Origin: Salpingoeca rosetta
Taxonomy: Eukaryota; Protista; Choanoflagellata
NCBI GenBank assembly: GCA_033442325.1
Contig: JAWQFM010000015.1
Location: 1,466,687-1,488,909 of the forward strand
Direction of reading: 5' to 3'
DNA: 22,223 nucleotides
Every line of letters begins with the position of its first letter. The first letter of the stretch is position 1. This document shows, one piece after another, positions 1 to 11,281 of this stretch. The notes beneath the pieces are model-generated. The model saw only the letters and a program-made list of their open reading frames with translations. It was not told where the DNA came from and ran no database searches. Both the position numbers and the translations under genes were made by a program.

Positions 1-56
<56 letters not shown>
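1..56. repeat. (CA)n microsatellite, i.e. the (GT)n start of intron 1 of the TSP1 gene
   Basis: Perfect AC dinucleotide run from the window start to the splice donor. Confidence 0.95.
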
Positions 57-58
<2 letters not shown>

Positions 59-242
59 GCTTGAAGCGGGTAAAGGTGCCACCGCCACAGGGTGCCGAGC
101 AAGGCGTGTAGCCCCAGGACCACACACAGCCATTGGCATCCGTCATGGGTGGCTCGCCATCCTGCTGCGCCAACGCTGGGAGGCTGAGACCAACCCCACC
201 CAGCACCACCGCAACAACCACCACCGTGAACACCTGCGCCAT
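57..242 (-). CDS. First exon of a secreted/cell-surface protein with a thrombospondin type 1 (TSP1) repeat; the rest of the gene lies beyond the left edge
   Basis: Not in the ORF track. Reading the - strand from ATG at 242 gives 62 codons: MAQVFTVVVVAVVLGGVGLSLPALAQQDGEPPMTDANGCVWSWGYTPCSAPCGGGTFTRFKQ. It has a hydrophobic signal peptide (ALA/QQ cleavage-like site), then a W-S-W..PCSxxCGGGTxTR TSP1-type motif, and ends at a CAG|GTGTGT donor running into the terminal (GT)n. Confidence 0.75.
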
Positions 243-722
243 CTCTGACTGGCGTTGTTGTGTTGTTGATGATGGGAAAATTCGTGGTTCTGGGACACGC
301 ACGCACACGCAAGATGACGCAGGATGACGACATCGTGATCATCACATCACCACAAGGCCCTAAGGCCAGACCCCTTCAGCTTTTCACCCTTTCGTGTTCA
401 CACTACTATCAGCTGTTCCAGTGTTCCATGACTTCTTGCATTGATTGCTGTCTTACTTGGGACTTGTACCGCTGCCCTGTTGTTTGAGTGTTTGAGCGCA
501 AGTCCTCTGCCCCCCACCCCCCGCGCGCCCAAGTCCCGCCATGCGCACTCAACACTCGTTTCGGGTCGCTGAAAAGTTTTCCCACACGCCAGGACGGCAG
601 AAGGCCACAGCGGTCAGGCGGGCGCACCATTCGCCCAAAGGACAGTGTTTTGCTCCTTCATGATCCAATCGGGGTTCCTGATGGCCACATTTCACCCCCG
701 CTCCACACGCCAAACGTCGAGA

Positions 723-2291
723 ATGGCTGCTGCCAAGTCCATGTGCCGCTTGTGGCCGGGCGTCACCGTCGCCAGCGTCGCCGTCGTTCTGCTTGCGCTG
801 TGTTTGCTGCATAGCGTACCACCTGTCTCCGCTGTTGTGACTCGCTCCGTGACGCGGGGAAACGAGACCGTCACCCACCGCACCTTCGTTGTTGCCGCTC
901 TCAGCGACAAAGGTTGGTGATGACGCAAATCGACAGACCCACTTTGAACTTTTGAGCCTGGACCGAAAAGGAGTGCTTCTGTCTGACTTCTGTCTGGTTT
1001 GGCGTGTGGGGAACGACATCCAGCAGTCTGCCTCATCATCATCTTTGAAAGACACTTGGATACAGCCAATGAATGTGCTTCGAGTTTCGTGGTGACAACA
1101 TGTACAACGCTGAAGCGCACACCTTTCCTCCAAACTACATATCCTCACGTCTTGTCCCCTCCTTGAACACATACACACATACGTACATACACACATACAC
1201 ATACGTACATACACATACATACACAAATACACGCACGCACATACACACACGCATGCACACGCACGCACACAAATAGGCTTTGACTACTTCAACAAGACGC
1301 TCGCACCCACGTTCGACGTGTATCTGAACCGTGTGCTGAGCGAAAAGTACGACGGACTGGTGTCCGTCGTCACGTATCCAACGCAGTTTAAAGATCTCAT
1401 TGACGATGGCCTTGACGACAAGTATGACTTTGCTTTCACCAACCCGGCGCTGTTCACCTGCGTGGAGGCAGAGCTCGGGATGTCCGCACTGCTTACACTG
1501 CGTCGCTTTGATCTCGGTGAGGCTTGGTCCTGCCTTATGGATGTTGTTGTGTTTGTTCGTGTGGGTTGGCCCGCGTTGGGTTTCGGGACAAAGCACACAC
1601 AGGCGAGGCGCCAAGATGTTCTTGGTCACTCACTCTCTCCTGCTTGCGATATGATGATAGGCGAGGAGCTGAGCCAGTTTGGCGGCGTCATCTTCACACG
1701 TGCAGACCGCGACGACATCAACACCCTGCATGATGTGATCAACAAGCAGGTCGCCGCTGTGTCTTTCATCACGTTTGGTGGCTTCCAGTCGCAATGGGGC
1801 AAGCTTCGCGCCGCAGGCGTGGACTTTCTCGTCGACACGGAACAGGTGATTGGCACGAAGTGAAACAGCACGTGCTTTGCGTCAATGTCTCTGTGTCAAA
1901 TGCATGAAATAATGTGTGTGTATGTGGCTGCTGGGGGAATCTTGCCTTGCTTGAGTGCGTTTGGCAAGGTGTTGACTTTATGTTAAACTCGACCAGTACG
2001 GTCCGCTTCTGTGTCCACGCACACGCAAGACCTCCACGTATCTCACCACGTCAAAACGCTGTGGTTCTGATTTAACCCCTCTCTCCCCAGGTCAAGTTCA
2101 CTGGAGATGAGAACCTTGTCGTGGAGGAGGTCATGGAAGGCCGAAGTGACATTGGCTTCGTCACCACAGGCGTTCTCGAAGGTGTGTGGTTGTGCGATTG
2201 TAATGTACGCGTGGGACGTGCGTTTGGTTGTTTGATCGTGGTGCGCGTGAGTGGGCACGTGAGTGAGAGAGAGAGTGTGTGTGTGTGTGTG

Positions 2292-2324
<33 letters not shown>

Positions 2325-2974
2325 TGTGTGGGTGAATGAGCATATGAATGTGCGGCTGTGCCCTTGTGTGCTTGTGCTTATGTGTATCCATTTGTGCTGG
2401 ATCTGCATACCATGTACATTGCGCACGACTGGGCGTCTGCTTGTGTCTCACTCTGCAACTGCCACCGTCTACTGCATTCTGTTACCACCCACTCACGGTT
2501 CAGCCCAAGTGTTCAATGGAACGCTGGACCTGAAGCAAGTGAAGATCCTCGAGGCCGAGAACGTCATCACAACGGAGGGGAACGTGTTTCCCTTTATCAC
2601 ATCAACGGAGGTGCTTTCCCCTGAATGGGCGTTGGCTGCGCTCCCGACCGTTGACTGGCAGGTATGGTGTCAGCATACACGCCTGGCCATTCACCACTGT
2701 AAGCACTCCTGCGGAGTTGCAGAGAGCCCTAGCCAGCACGCCAAACGAAAACTTGCGACTCCACTCTTGCCACATTCACCAACCCCGCACACCCACTAAC
2801 TCACCCTCACCTTCGCACCCACACTCATAACCACTTCGTGTGCCATGGGTTAGATTCAAGTGGACGTGATGGATGCTCTGATTGCACTCGAACCAACTTC
2901 TGAGTTTGCCATTCAGGGCCGCTACGCTGCTTGGCAGGCACCACTCTCCTACACCGTCACCCGTGCCCTCCAGG

Positions 2975-3046
<72 letters not shown>

Positions 3047-4839
3047 AGTCTGACGTTTGTACTTGCTGGCACCGTGGGCTAGTTATCCTGCTGCATTCTG
3101 TGTTCGTTTGGGCAATCAGTGCTCCCATTCATATGCAACCCTGCGGAACACGTCTACTACATGCACACATACACACACGCATGCACAAAACTCGCTCACA
3201 CTCACACATCCTCATCCACACTCGCTGCCCCTCTTGCCCCCTCTCTAACACGCATGCACACACACACGTATGTACACGCACATGTCTTAGGTGTCCCTCG
3301 GGGTGATGTTTGCGGATGGTCTGGGCTCGTTCTCCTGTGTACGCACCAAGTCCATCATTGAGGCCGTCGTGTGCCCGTTTGGATTTGTCAAGAAGTCTGA
3401 TGAGGAAGTTGCCATGGGCTGTGAGCTCGCAGGCATCGACTGCAGCGAGGGCTACGACTGCCTGTGCCAGCCGTGCAAGCCAGCGTGCCCGGCCAACGCC
3501 CGCCTCCTGAGCACGGGCGACTGCGAGTGTGAGCCTGGCTACGTCCAGCTCGGCACAGCGTGCGCCCCTGTGGCCGTGCTCGTCATCACCATCCTCATCC
3601 CGCTCACAGCGTTTATCGTCGTCATTGTGCTAGTGGCCATGCGCTATCAGCAGAAGAAGGTCGACACGCTGTGGCACATCCGCCCCTTTGAGCTCAAGTT
3701 TGAGGACCCCGTTGACGTGCTTGGCGTGGGCACGTACGGTGTGGTTGTCAAGGCCGAGTACCGTGGCACGTCCGTCGCAGTCAAGCGCGTTGGTCCACCA
3801 GACCTCCACCGCAGGCGCACGCACGCCAGCCTGGCCACCCGCGACAAGCAGGGCGTGCTGAGCCCGGCTGTGCTTGCAGGCATTCGCGCCGCGCAGGGGT
3901 CGAGCTCCAACTTCAAGCGCAAGTCCCCAAGGAGCAAGCGCCGTTCAAAGACGTCAAGCACAGTGCTCGGGTCCATCAAGACGCGAGAGAGGAGAGCCAT
4001 GGAGTACATCGTGGAGGTGAGGTGGCAGGCGTGTGTTTGTGTATGTGGTGGTGTGAAAGATGTGCGCGGCGTGTGTGTGTGTGTGCAAGGTGTGTGTAAG
4101 TGTGTGTGCGCGCGCGTTCGTGCGTGCCTACACAGCTGTGAGTGAGCGTGTGGCAGCTTTCAGCGAGCTCAAGTCGAGCGCTGCTCCCTGTCAACCACTC
4201 ATAGACTCATATGCACCCGCATGTACTCCTGCTCATGGTGTTGGCCGTTATAGGTGTTTGATGAAGCTGCAGACCAAGCACAGGGCCACCAGTCGACAAC
4301 CAGGTAAGTGCAATGAACGACATGACGAGACAGCTGCTGCGGAGGATTGGGAAGGGGGGGGGGGAGCTAAGGCTTCGGTGAGGTACCTAGGCTGATGTGT
4401 TGCATGACGCAGACCTTGGTCCTGGCGGTGTGATTTGCATGAGACGACTCACTCCTTGAATCACGTCTTCCTTTTCACGGTGTTATGCAAACAGGGCCCG
4501 GACCACCAAGTCCGGAGAGCAGGGCGGACGCACGCTGTTTGGGCGCATGCTCGGAAAGGCGAGCACACGCGCCACCCTGATCAAGATGAGGTGGGTTTGC
4601 TCGTCTGTTTGTGTTTGTTCGTGGTACTAGCCCTGTATTGTATGCTGTGGCATGCCCTTGTTGTGGGAGTGGATCGTGGTTGCATGCTGTCACGAAGGTG
4701 CCGGCGATGCACCTCCCAAAGTGCGGTTGTCATTATGCATACGCGCTCGCCCTCTTTCTTTAATCATGCGCTCGCATGTTAACACATGCACACACACACA
4801 CACACGCATACACGCACGCGCACGCACGCACGCACACAC

Positions 4840-4879
<40 letters not shown>

Positions 4880-6233
4880 GCACACACACGCACACACACA
4901 CACACACACATGCACACACACACACACACACACACAGGGACAACTTCATTAAGGAGATGCGCACGCTGTCCAAGCTGCGGCACCCATGTGTGACGACGGT
5001 TATGGGAGCGGTGATGATCAAAGGATTTGAGCCGATGATGGTGATGGAGCACATGGACCTGGGAAGCCTCTACTCCATCCTGCACAACGAAACCATGGAG
5101 CTCGATGGTGAAACACGGTACCACGTGGTACGTAACAGTAAGGGCACGGTGTGTGGTGAGTGCTGTTGCGGTTGCGTGAGCTATGTGCTTGGTGTTAACA
5201 CCACTTGACCTTCTTTGCCTCGCTGCGTCACACCTCATGATGAGCCACCACATGATCACTGCCATTATCACACAGACGATCGATGTTGTCTCTGGCTGCC
5301 GGTTCCTGCACTCCAGCGATCCGCCCCTGATCCACGGCGACCTCAAGTCCCTCAATGTCCTCGTCGACTCAAAGTTCCGCGCAAAGGTTAGCTGGTGTGC
5401 TGGTATGGGTGTGTGCGTGCGTGCGTACATGTGTGTGTACATGTGTGTGTGTGTGTGTACATGTGTGTACATGTGTGTACCTGTGTGCGTGCGTGCATGT
5501 GTGCGTGCGTGCATGTGTGCGTGTGCGTGTGTGCGTGTGCGTGTATTTGCAAGTGTGCATAATTCGCTCGTTGTCAGCGCTCATCCTGGATCCCCACTGT
5601 TCCTCGCAGGTGTCTGACTTTGGCCTGAGCGAGTCTGGGAGCGGTAAGGCGTGCGGCACCCCGTACTGGATGGCCCCGGAGGTCCTGCGCGGCGAGCCAA
5701 CCAGCGTCGCCTCAGACGTCTACTCCTTTGCCATTATTCTGGTGAGTTGGGTATGATGGCGTGTGTGTGTTTAGGCATGCGTGTGTACCTTTGCACGTTT
5801 GCACGATTGCACCTTTGCACCGTGTCTTTCGTTCGTCCCTCATACTCTCATACTCTCGCACCAACTCACACGGTTTGCTCATCCCACCACCACCACCACC
5901 ACTGCCTCCAACCAGTTTGAGATCTTCAGCCGCAAGGACCCGTACCCGGCAGACACTGATCTCGAGAACACGTTGAAAGAGGTGATCAAGCGCAAGCGCC
6001 GTCCGCTCGTACCGGCCAACTGCCCCGATGTCATTGCGCAGCTGATGCGGGAGGCGTGGCACCCCGACCCGGATCGCCGGCCCTCCTTTGACGAGCTGGC
6101 CCGCCGCTTTGGGCACATTGACCCCTCTGATTGCCGTGTTGAGGAGTACAGCAAGAAGGGCAAGGACTCGAACAAGGTGCTCGAGGACGTCTTCCCGCCA
6201 CACATCGCAAAGGCCCTTCGCGAGGTGAGATGT

Positions 6234-6306
<73 letters not shown>

Positions 6307-8269
6307 ATACACGTGTGTGCACGTTTGTGTTTTTGTGTGTATTTGTGCGTGAATGTAATTGTGTGCTGCACCCTTTGCACCGGATGCACTTCTCCTCCGC
6401 ATACCCTCAAGTTGCAACCTCCTCCATTGTGCCCGCCTTTCCTCATCCATCCATCCAACCCTAAACCCACAACCCTGCTCTCTGCTCCTCTCTTCCTCTC
6501 CTTCGCACCACGTCGCACCACCAGGGCAAGAAGATTGAGCCCGAGCACCACGACTGCGTGACCATCTTCTTCTCGGACATTGTGGGCTTCACCACCATCA
6601 GCTCCACGCTCAACCCGCAGGACGTCATGAACATGCTCGATCGCCTCTACACCAAACTCGACGCCCTCGCCGACGAGATGGAGCTCTTCAAGGTCGAGAC
6701 CATCGGCGACGCCTACATGGCAGGTGCGGTCACAAGGTGGTGTGGGGGCGGTGCTTGTGTGTTGTGTGTGTGCATGTCTATGTGCGTGTCTGTGTCTCTG
6801 TGTTGCCTTTCACGAGTCTCATCGATATGATACGCAAGTTTTTTCGCTTCCTCACCATCATCACACGTCCCCTCTTGTCCTCCTCTCCCACCCCCTTCAT
6901 ACTCTCAGTGACGAACCTGTTGAAGGAGCAGAAGGACCACGCTGCGCGCATCGGCCGCTTTGCCGTTGCCGCCATCAAGGCCGCCAACAGCACGCTGATC
7001 AAGGAGGACGAGCCAGACCTCGGCTGCGTCAACATCCGCGTTGGCTTCCACTCCGGCCCCGTCGTTGCAAACGTCGTTGGCACGAAGAACCCGCGATACT
7101 GCCTCTTCGGCGACACGGTGCGCATTATGTGTGTGTGTGTGTGCGTGTGTTTGTGTGTGTGTGTGTGTTTGTCTGTCTGTGTATGTATGTGCGTGGGTGT
7201 GTCTGTGTGTGTCTGTGTCTGTGTCTGTGCTTGTGTGTGTCTTTGTATGTGTGTGTCTGCCACTGTTGTATCACGCCTTCTTTGCCTGCTCTCTCCCCAC
7301 CCCTTCTCCCCACCCTCTCGTCACGCATCCTCACGCCAACCCTCGTCAACCAACACATCCTCCACTCCCCCACCCCCACTACCCCAGGTCAACACGGCGT
7401 CGCGAATGGAGAGCAACAGCGAGAAGAACCGCATCCACATGTCTGAGGCCGCGGCGGAGCTGGTGTTGCAGCAGGCGCCAGACATGCTGCTGGAGCCACG
7501 CAAGGCAATGCACATCAAGGGCAAGGGCAAGATGCAGACGTACTTCCTGATTGCAGACGACATTGACCACGCCAGCAGCAGCGACACCGCCGCGCTGTTT
7601 GAGACGAAGCGCAAGGCGAGCAGTGGCGCCCACGACGCTGCTGACGACATGGCTGCTGCTGATGAGACAGTGCTGAGGGAGGCGGAAGAAGAAAGCGACG
7701 AGGCGGCAGACACCATGGCACGCAATGGTGATGTTGATGGCACCACCGAAACGGAAGCACCTGCAACGCCCAAGCGTGGACTGGAGCGCCGGGTCTCGAT
7801 TTCAAGCATTCTGCACGTGATCGGAGGCAACGACAAGGTCAGCAATGACAACCCCAGAAGCGATGCCAGAGACACATCGCAGCTCGATGGCAAGGGCGCA
7901 TGTGGCCCTTCGCGTTCGTTCTCGCGAACGACGAGCGATGCCGGCGTCGCGGACATGGCCGCCCAGTTGCGCGGTAGCGATGGTGAAGACGACGACGACG
8001 ACGACGACGATGGTGATGGTGCCAGTGTGAAGCTGAACTCATGGATGGGCAAAGCAGCGGGAAAGCATCCGCAGCGCAATGGCAGCGATGCTAGCAGCGG
8101 CGGCAGCAGCAGCAGCAGCGCAGCGAGCACAAGCAACAACGGGAGCACAAGCGGGTTTGGCTCAGACGACATTGGCCAGAGCAAGACTGACGCCCAGGGT
8201 CACAGGATGGCATGGACGGTGCAGGACACATCGCTCAACGACGCCGACAACAGCGAAGTCCTCATCTGA
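723..8269 (+). CDS. Receptor kinase-guanylyl cyclase (~1295 aa): signal peptide, PBP2/Phosphonate-bd-like ectodomain, Cys-rich EGF-like region, TM, TKL-type protein kinase, signalling helix, class III guanylyl cyclase, acidic/Ser-rich tail
   Basis: 16 phase-consistent GT-AG exons: 723-912, 1277-1516, 1661-1845, 2091-2181, 2504-2661, 2854-2973, 3291-4016, 4254-4303, 4495-4590, 4938-5127, 5276-5386, 5610-5741, 5916-6224, 6525-6723, 6909-7117, 7388-8269 (3888 nt). Ectodomain motifs: [40 protein letters not shown]: [24 protein letters not shown]. Kinase: [50 protein letters not shown]. Cyclase: [62 protein letters not shown]. Confidence 0.93.
2974..3043. repeat. Intronic (GT)n microsatellite beginning at the splice donor
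   Basis: CAG|GTGTGT... near-perfect run. Confidence 0.9.
4785..4936. repeat. Intronic (CA)n/(CACG)n tract abutting the splice acceptor
   Basis: The run ends ...CACACACAG|GGACAAC at the start of exon 10. Confidence 0.9.
6235..6305. repeat. Intronic (GT)n microsatellite
   Basis: Perfect run about 10 nt after the exon 13 donor. Confidence 0.9.
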
Positions 8270-8280
8270 GCTGAGGCGCG

Positions 8281-8314
8281 TTGTTGTTGTTGTTGTTGTT
8301 GTTGTTGCTGTTGC

Positions 8315-8359
<45 letters not shown>
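8281..8359. repeat. (TTG)n trinucleotide microsatellite in the probable 3' UTR of the receptor cyclase
   Basis: Begins 11 nt after the TGA; two CTG interruptions. Confidence 0.9.
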
Positions 8360-8569
8360 GAATCATCGCGTGGGTGTGTGAGTGCACGACGTGTCTCAGT
8401 TGTGCCGGGTTCAGCTTATTATTACCAGGGAGAGAGGAGAGGAGGTGATTTGATGACTTTTTATCGCGTTCGAGGCGGTGTGTAACTGCCGTTGGGTCAA
8501 TATACATGCATTCATGCACATACCAAGGGAAATGCGAGCACAGGCACCATCAACCAGATCACAATTAGC

Positions 8570-9281
8570 TCAGCTGCCACGTCGCTTTCCCACCCTGACG
8601 ATCGTGTGGAAGTGCGCGTGTGAGTGAGTGAGTGAGTGAGTGAGTGTGTGTTTGAGAGAGAGAGAGAGAGAGTGTGTGTGTGTGTTTGAGTCAGTGGTAT
8701 CTCATGGCAGAGACTTGGTATGCACACGATACACACTGCGTGTACACGATACACTCACACTGCATGAAAGGCACCACAACGGGGGTGCTGGCGCAATGAC
8801 TGACTTGTATGTTTGGAGGAAGCGAACGCGTTGTGCCGGCGTGACGTCGACCACGAGGCGATGCAGTTCATCCCTAAGATTGTGGTGTTTTGGGTGAGCA
8901 GAGATGTGTGACCGTGGTAAGCATGCCATCGTACGCTTCGAACATACACCGCCTCGCAAACATGCAGCAAGACAGATCTGCGCGAGCGTGCCGACGAATA
9001 AACGAAGCAACAGCGCGTCCACGAAATACCCGTTCCAGGAGGGAGGCAGAGAGCGACAGAGCGACAGACAGACACAGGCACAGACACAGGCACAGACACA
9101 GGCACAGACACAGACACACACCGAGCTGCTTGAAGCTGTGCGGATGTGCGAGCGAAGAGCATGTGATCGGCCTTGTCGTGCGATGTGCGAAGATCGTCAG
9201 AGAGCGCAATCGAGTCCTGAACCCACGCACATGCGCATGAAGCGATGAGGGAATAAGCGCGTGCGTGCGTGAGCGTGTGCT

Positions 9282-9360
<79 letters not shown>

Positions 9361-10127
9361 ATCAGTTGTAAATCGTGGCACTCATGCACCAAGCTGAACC
9401 GCTGCAAATTATGCAGCACAAACACACACAGACACACAGACATACCAGAATGGTCCGTGTGATGGACTGGCACTTGACAGTTCGCAGCATACGGCGAATG
9501 AGGTGTCCCCGAAACACAGATGCAATGCACGTGGCTGCAGCGTCTGCATCCCAGGTGCGAAGAACCGGCCGGCGTCGAAGTTGTTGTTGTTGTTGTTGTG
9601 GTGGTGGTGGTGGTGGCGGTGGTGCGGCAACAACATCACGCCGATGCTGATGCAAGTGGTGGTGTTGGCTGGTGCTTGCAGTGGTGGAAGGCATAGAGCT
9701 TGTTTCCAGCAAAATGTCAGCACTACTCAGGACGCCATCGTCGTCATCACTCCAGGGCTCTTCCCCCGCTGACGACACTACGACGTTGACTGCGCGCATC
9801 TCGTTGACAATGACAGAGGAATGCTTTGCCGGCGATGGCACCATGGTCAGAAATTGCGGCTGCAAGTCTTGTTCGCTGTCCAAGTCTTCAGACTCACGAC
9901 TCAAGCGCATGCCCCCGTCATTCCCATCGTTGTGCACGGTCTGTGCGTGGTGCATCGGTGGTTGTTTGTAATCTCCGTTGTTGTTGCCATTGTTGCTGCT
10001 GCTTGATGGTTTGTGCGGCTGTGATTTGTGGGTGCTGGTGTGTGGTTGGGCTGGTGCAGTTGACGTTTGGGGTCCGGCGGTGCTCAGGCGCAACAGCAGT
10101 GCAGCAACAGCATCTTCCACCTCATCC

Positions 10128-10200
<73 letters not shown>

Positions 10201-10763
10201 GGTTTGCGATTTGTACAAACAGCGGTGGGTATTGCTCTCGTTTCGGGAGAGGGAGGGACAGGCCCAAGTCTGGGTCTTCTGTGGCCGCTGCTCTTGTTGT
10301 TGATGATGGCATTGCTGTTGTTGTCCGGGAGGAGGAGGGCGCACGGCCCGGTTGCTGCTGCCGTGAGGTTGGCCGAGAGCGAACGGGGGACAGTGGCAAG
10401 GTGATGCGCGCATGGCGTTTCGCCTGAGACGAGCTCAAGACCGAGCGCTCGTCCGGCGAGTCGTTTCGCTCATCACGTACGGCGGTGCTGTTGTGTGTGG
10501 TGGCCGCGGCGGCGGTTGAGCGGAGCCCAGTTTCTTCTCTCTTTGCTGCATTGTGCATCGCTGCCGTGCCTCTTTGCTTTGTGAGGCGGCTCGCAACAGC
10601 ATGGCACTGCTGGCGAATCAGTGCAATCTCCTGGCGCTTCTCCGGCGATACCTGTGTGTGTTGAAGGAGGGGGAACGAGGAGGGTTTGAACCAACAACAA
10701 AGGAGAGAGTGACGGCAACAAGCATGCACGGAAAATGGCTTTCGTGCTCGCTTTCCCCCCCCT

Positions 10764-10826
<63 letters not shown>

Positions 10827-11281
10827 CACACACACACACACACATACGCACAACGGATGCACACAACGGATGCACACAGCAGATGCACACACAGATGCAC
10901 AGGGACTGACCACTGGTGGGAGGATTGGACGGCCAAAGTACTTGATGGTGGATGTGTACGTGTCTACACGCGACCGTCTGAGGGCGAGCGAGCTGGACAG
11001 GCTGTCCAACAGCCTCAGGGGATCATCCTGGCTCACAAACACGCTTCCCTGTCCACGCGTGCACAGATTGGTGTGAGTACATGATGACGCATTTGCGGGT
11101 GGCATGAACCAGCGGCACATGTGCTGTGAACGCGAGAGAGGAAAGAGAGAGGGACAGAGAGAGAGAGGGAGGGAGGGAGGGAGGAAAACGGAAGTGGGGG
11201 AAGCGAGACAGACATTGCGGGGGAGGGGGCGAGAGTCACTCCAAGACAAAGACAGCTCACCAGTCGCGAGGTTGTCACCAT
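8570..11281 (-). CDS. CCP110: CP110 (centriolar coiled-coil protein 110)-like protein, ~510 aa, with an IQ-like C-terminal block and a 25-Gln tract
   Basis: Proposed exons (-): 11281-11261, 11027-10911, 10651-9446, 9216-9122, 8873-8805, 8594-8570. All are GT-AG and phase-consistent; the first and last exons are least certain. The N-terminal TIKYFGRPILPPVVSPEKRQEIALIRQQ resembles the CP110 N-terminal block (IRFHG..IL.PLL..EKRKEM, recalled). The C-terminal IASVFRGHLIRRMLRT.K...I.RTILD...AQLQAARDELHRL...PAQRVRFL resembles the CP110 C-terminal block (KGFLTRRLMQT...AQLRAAL..IH.IF....ERMSIL, recalled). Confidence 0.75.
9285..9359. repeat. Intronic (GT)n/(CA)n microsatellite in CP110-like intron 3
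   Basis: Perfect dinucleotide run. Confidence 0.9.
10127..10201 (-). repeat. Coding (CAA)24CAG polyglutamine tract (25 Q) in the CP110-like gene
   Basis: In-frame pure CAA run within exon 3. Confidence 0.9.
10766..10843. repeat. Intronic (CA)n microsatellite ((GT)n on the coding strand) in CP110-like intron 2
   Basis: Near-perfect run. Confidence 0.88.

Noticed and set aside
1-56. Terminal repeat as a telomere
   Set aside because: It is a plain (CA)n microsatellite starting exactly at a splice donor, not a telomeric hexamer.
1517-1660. Stop-free, in-frame introns (1517-1660, 144 nt; also 7118-7387, 270 nt) as possible coding or retained segments
   Set aside because: Both have good GT-AG ends and would interrupt conserved motifs (e.g. 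GDT|VNTASR); open frames are expected by chance in GT-rich introns.
549-6551. Many ORFs rich in CVCV/HTHT (e.g. 549-1268, 4690-5514, 5712-6551)
   Set aside because: Translations of intronic (GT)n/(CA)n repeats, which lack stop codons; not metal-binding proteins.
8702-8804. Alternative CP110-like C-terminus reading through to the stop at 8702
   Set aside because: AA|GTCAGT is a good donor, the read-through is GT-rich and intron-like, and an in-phase acceptor at 8595 gives KVGKRRGS*; cDNA is needed to settle it.
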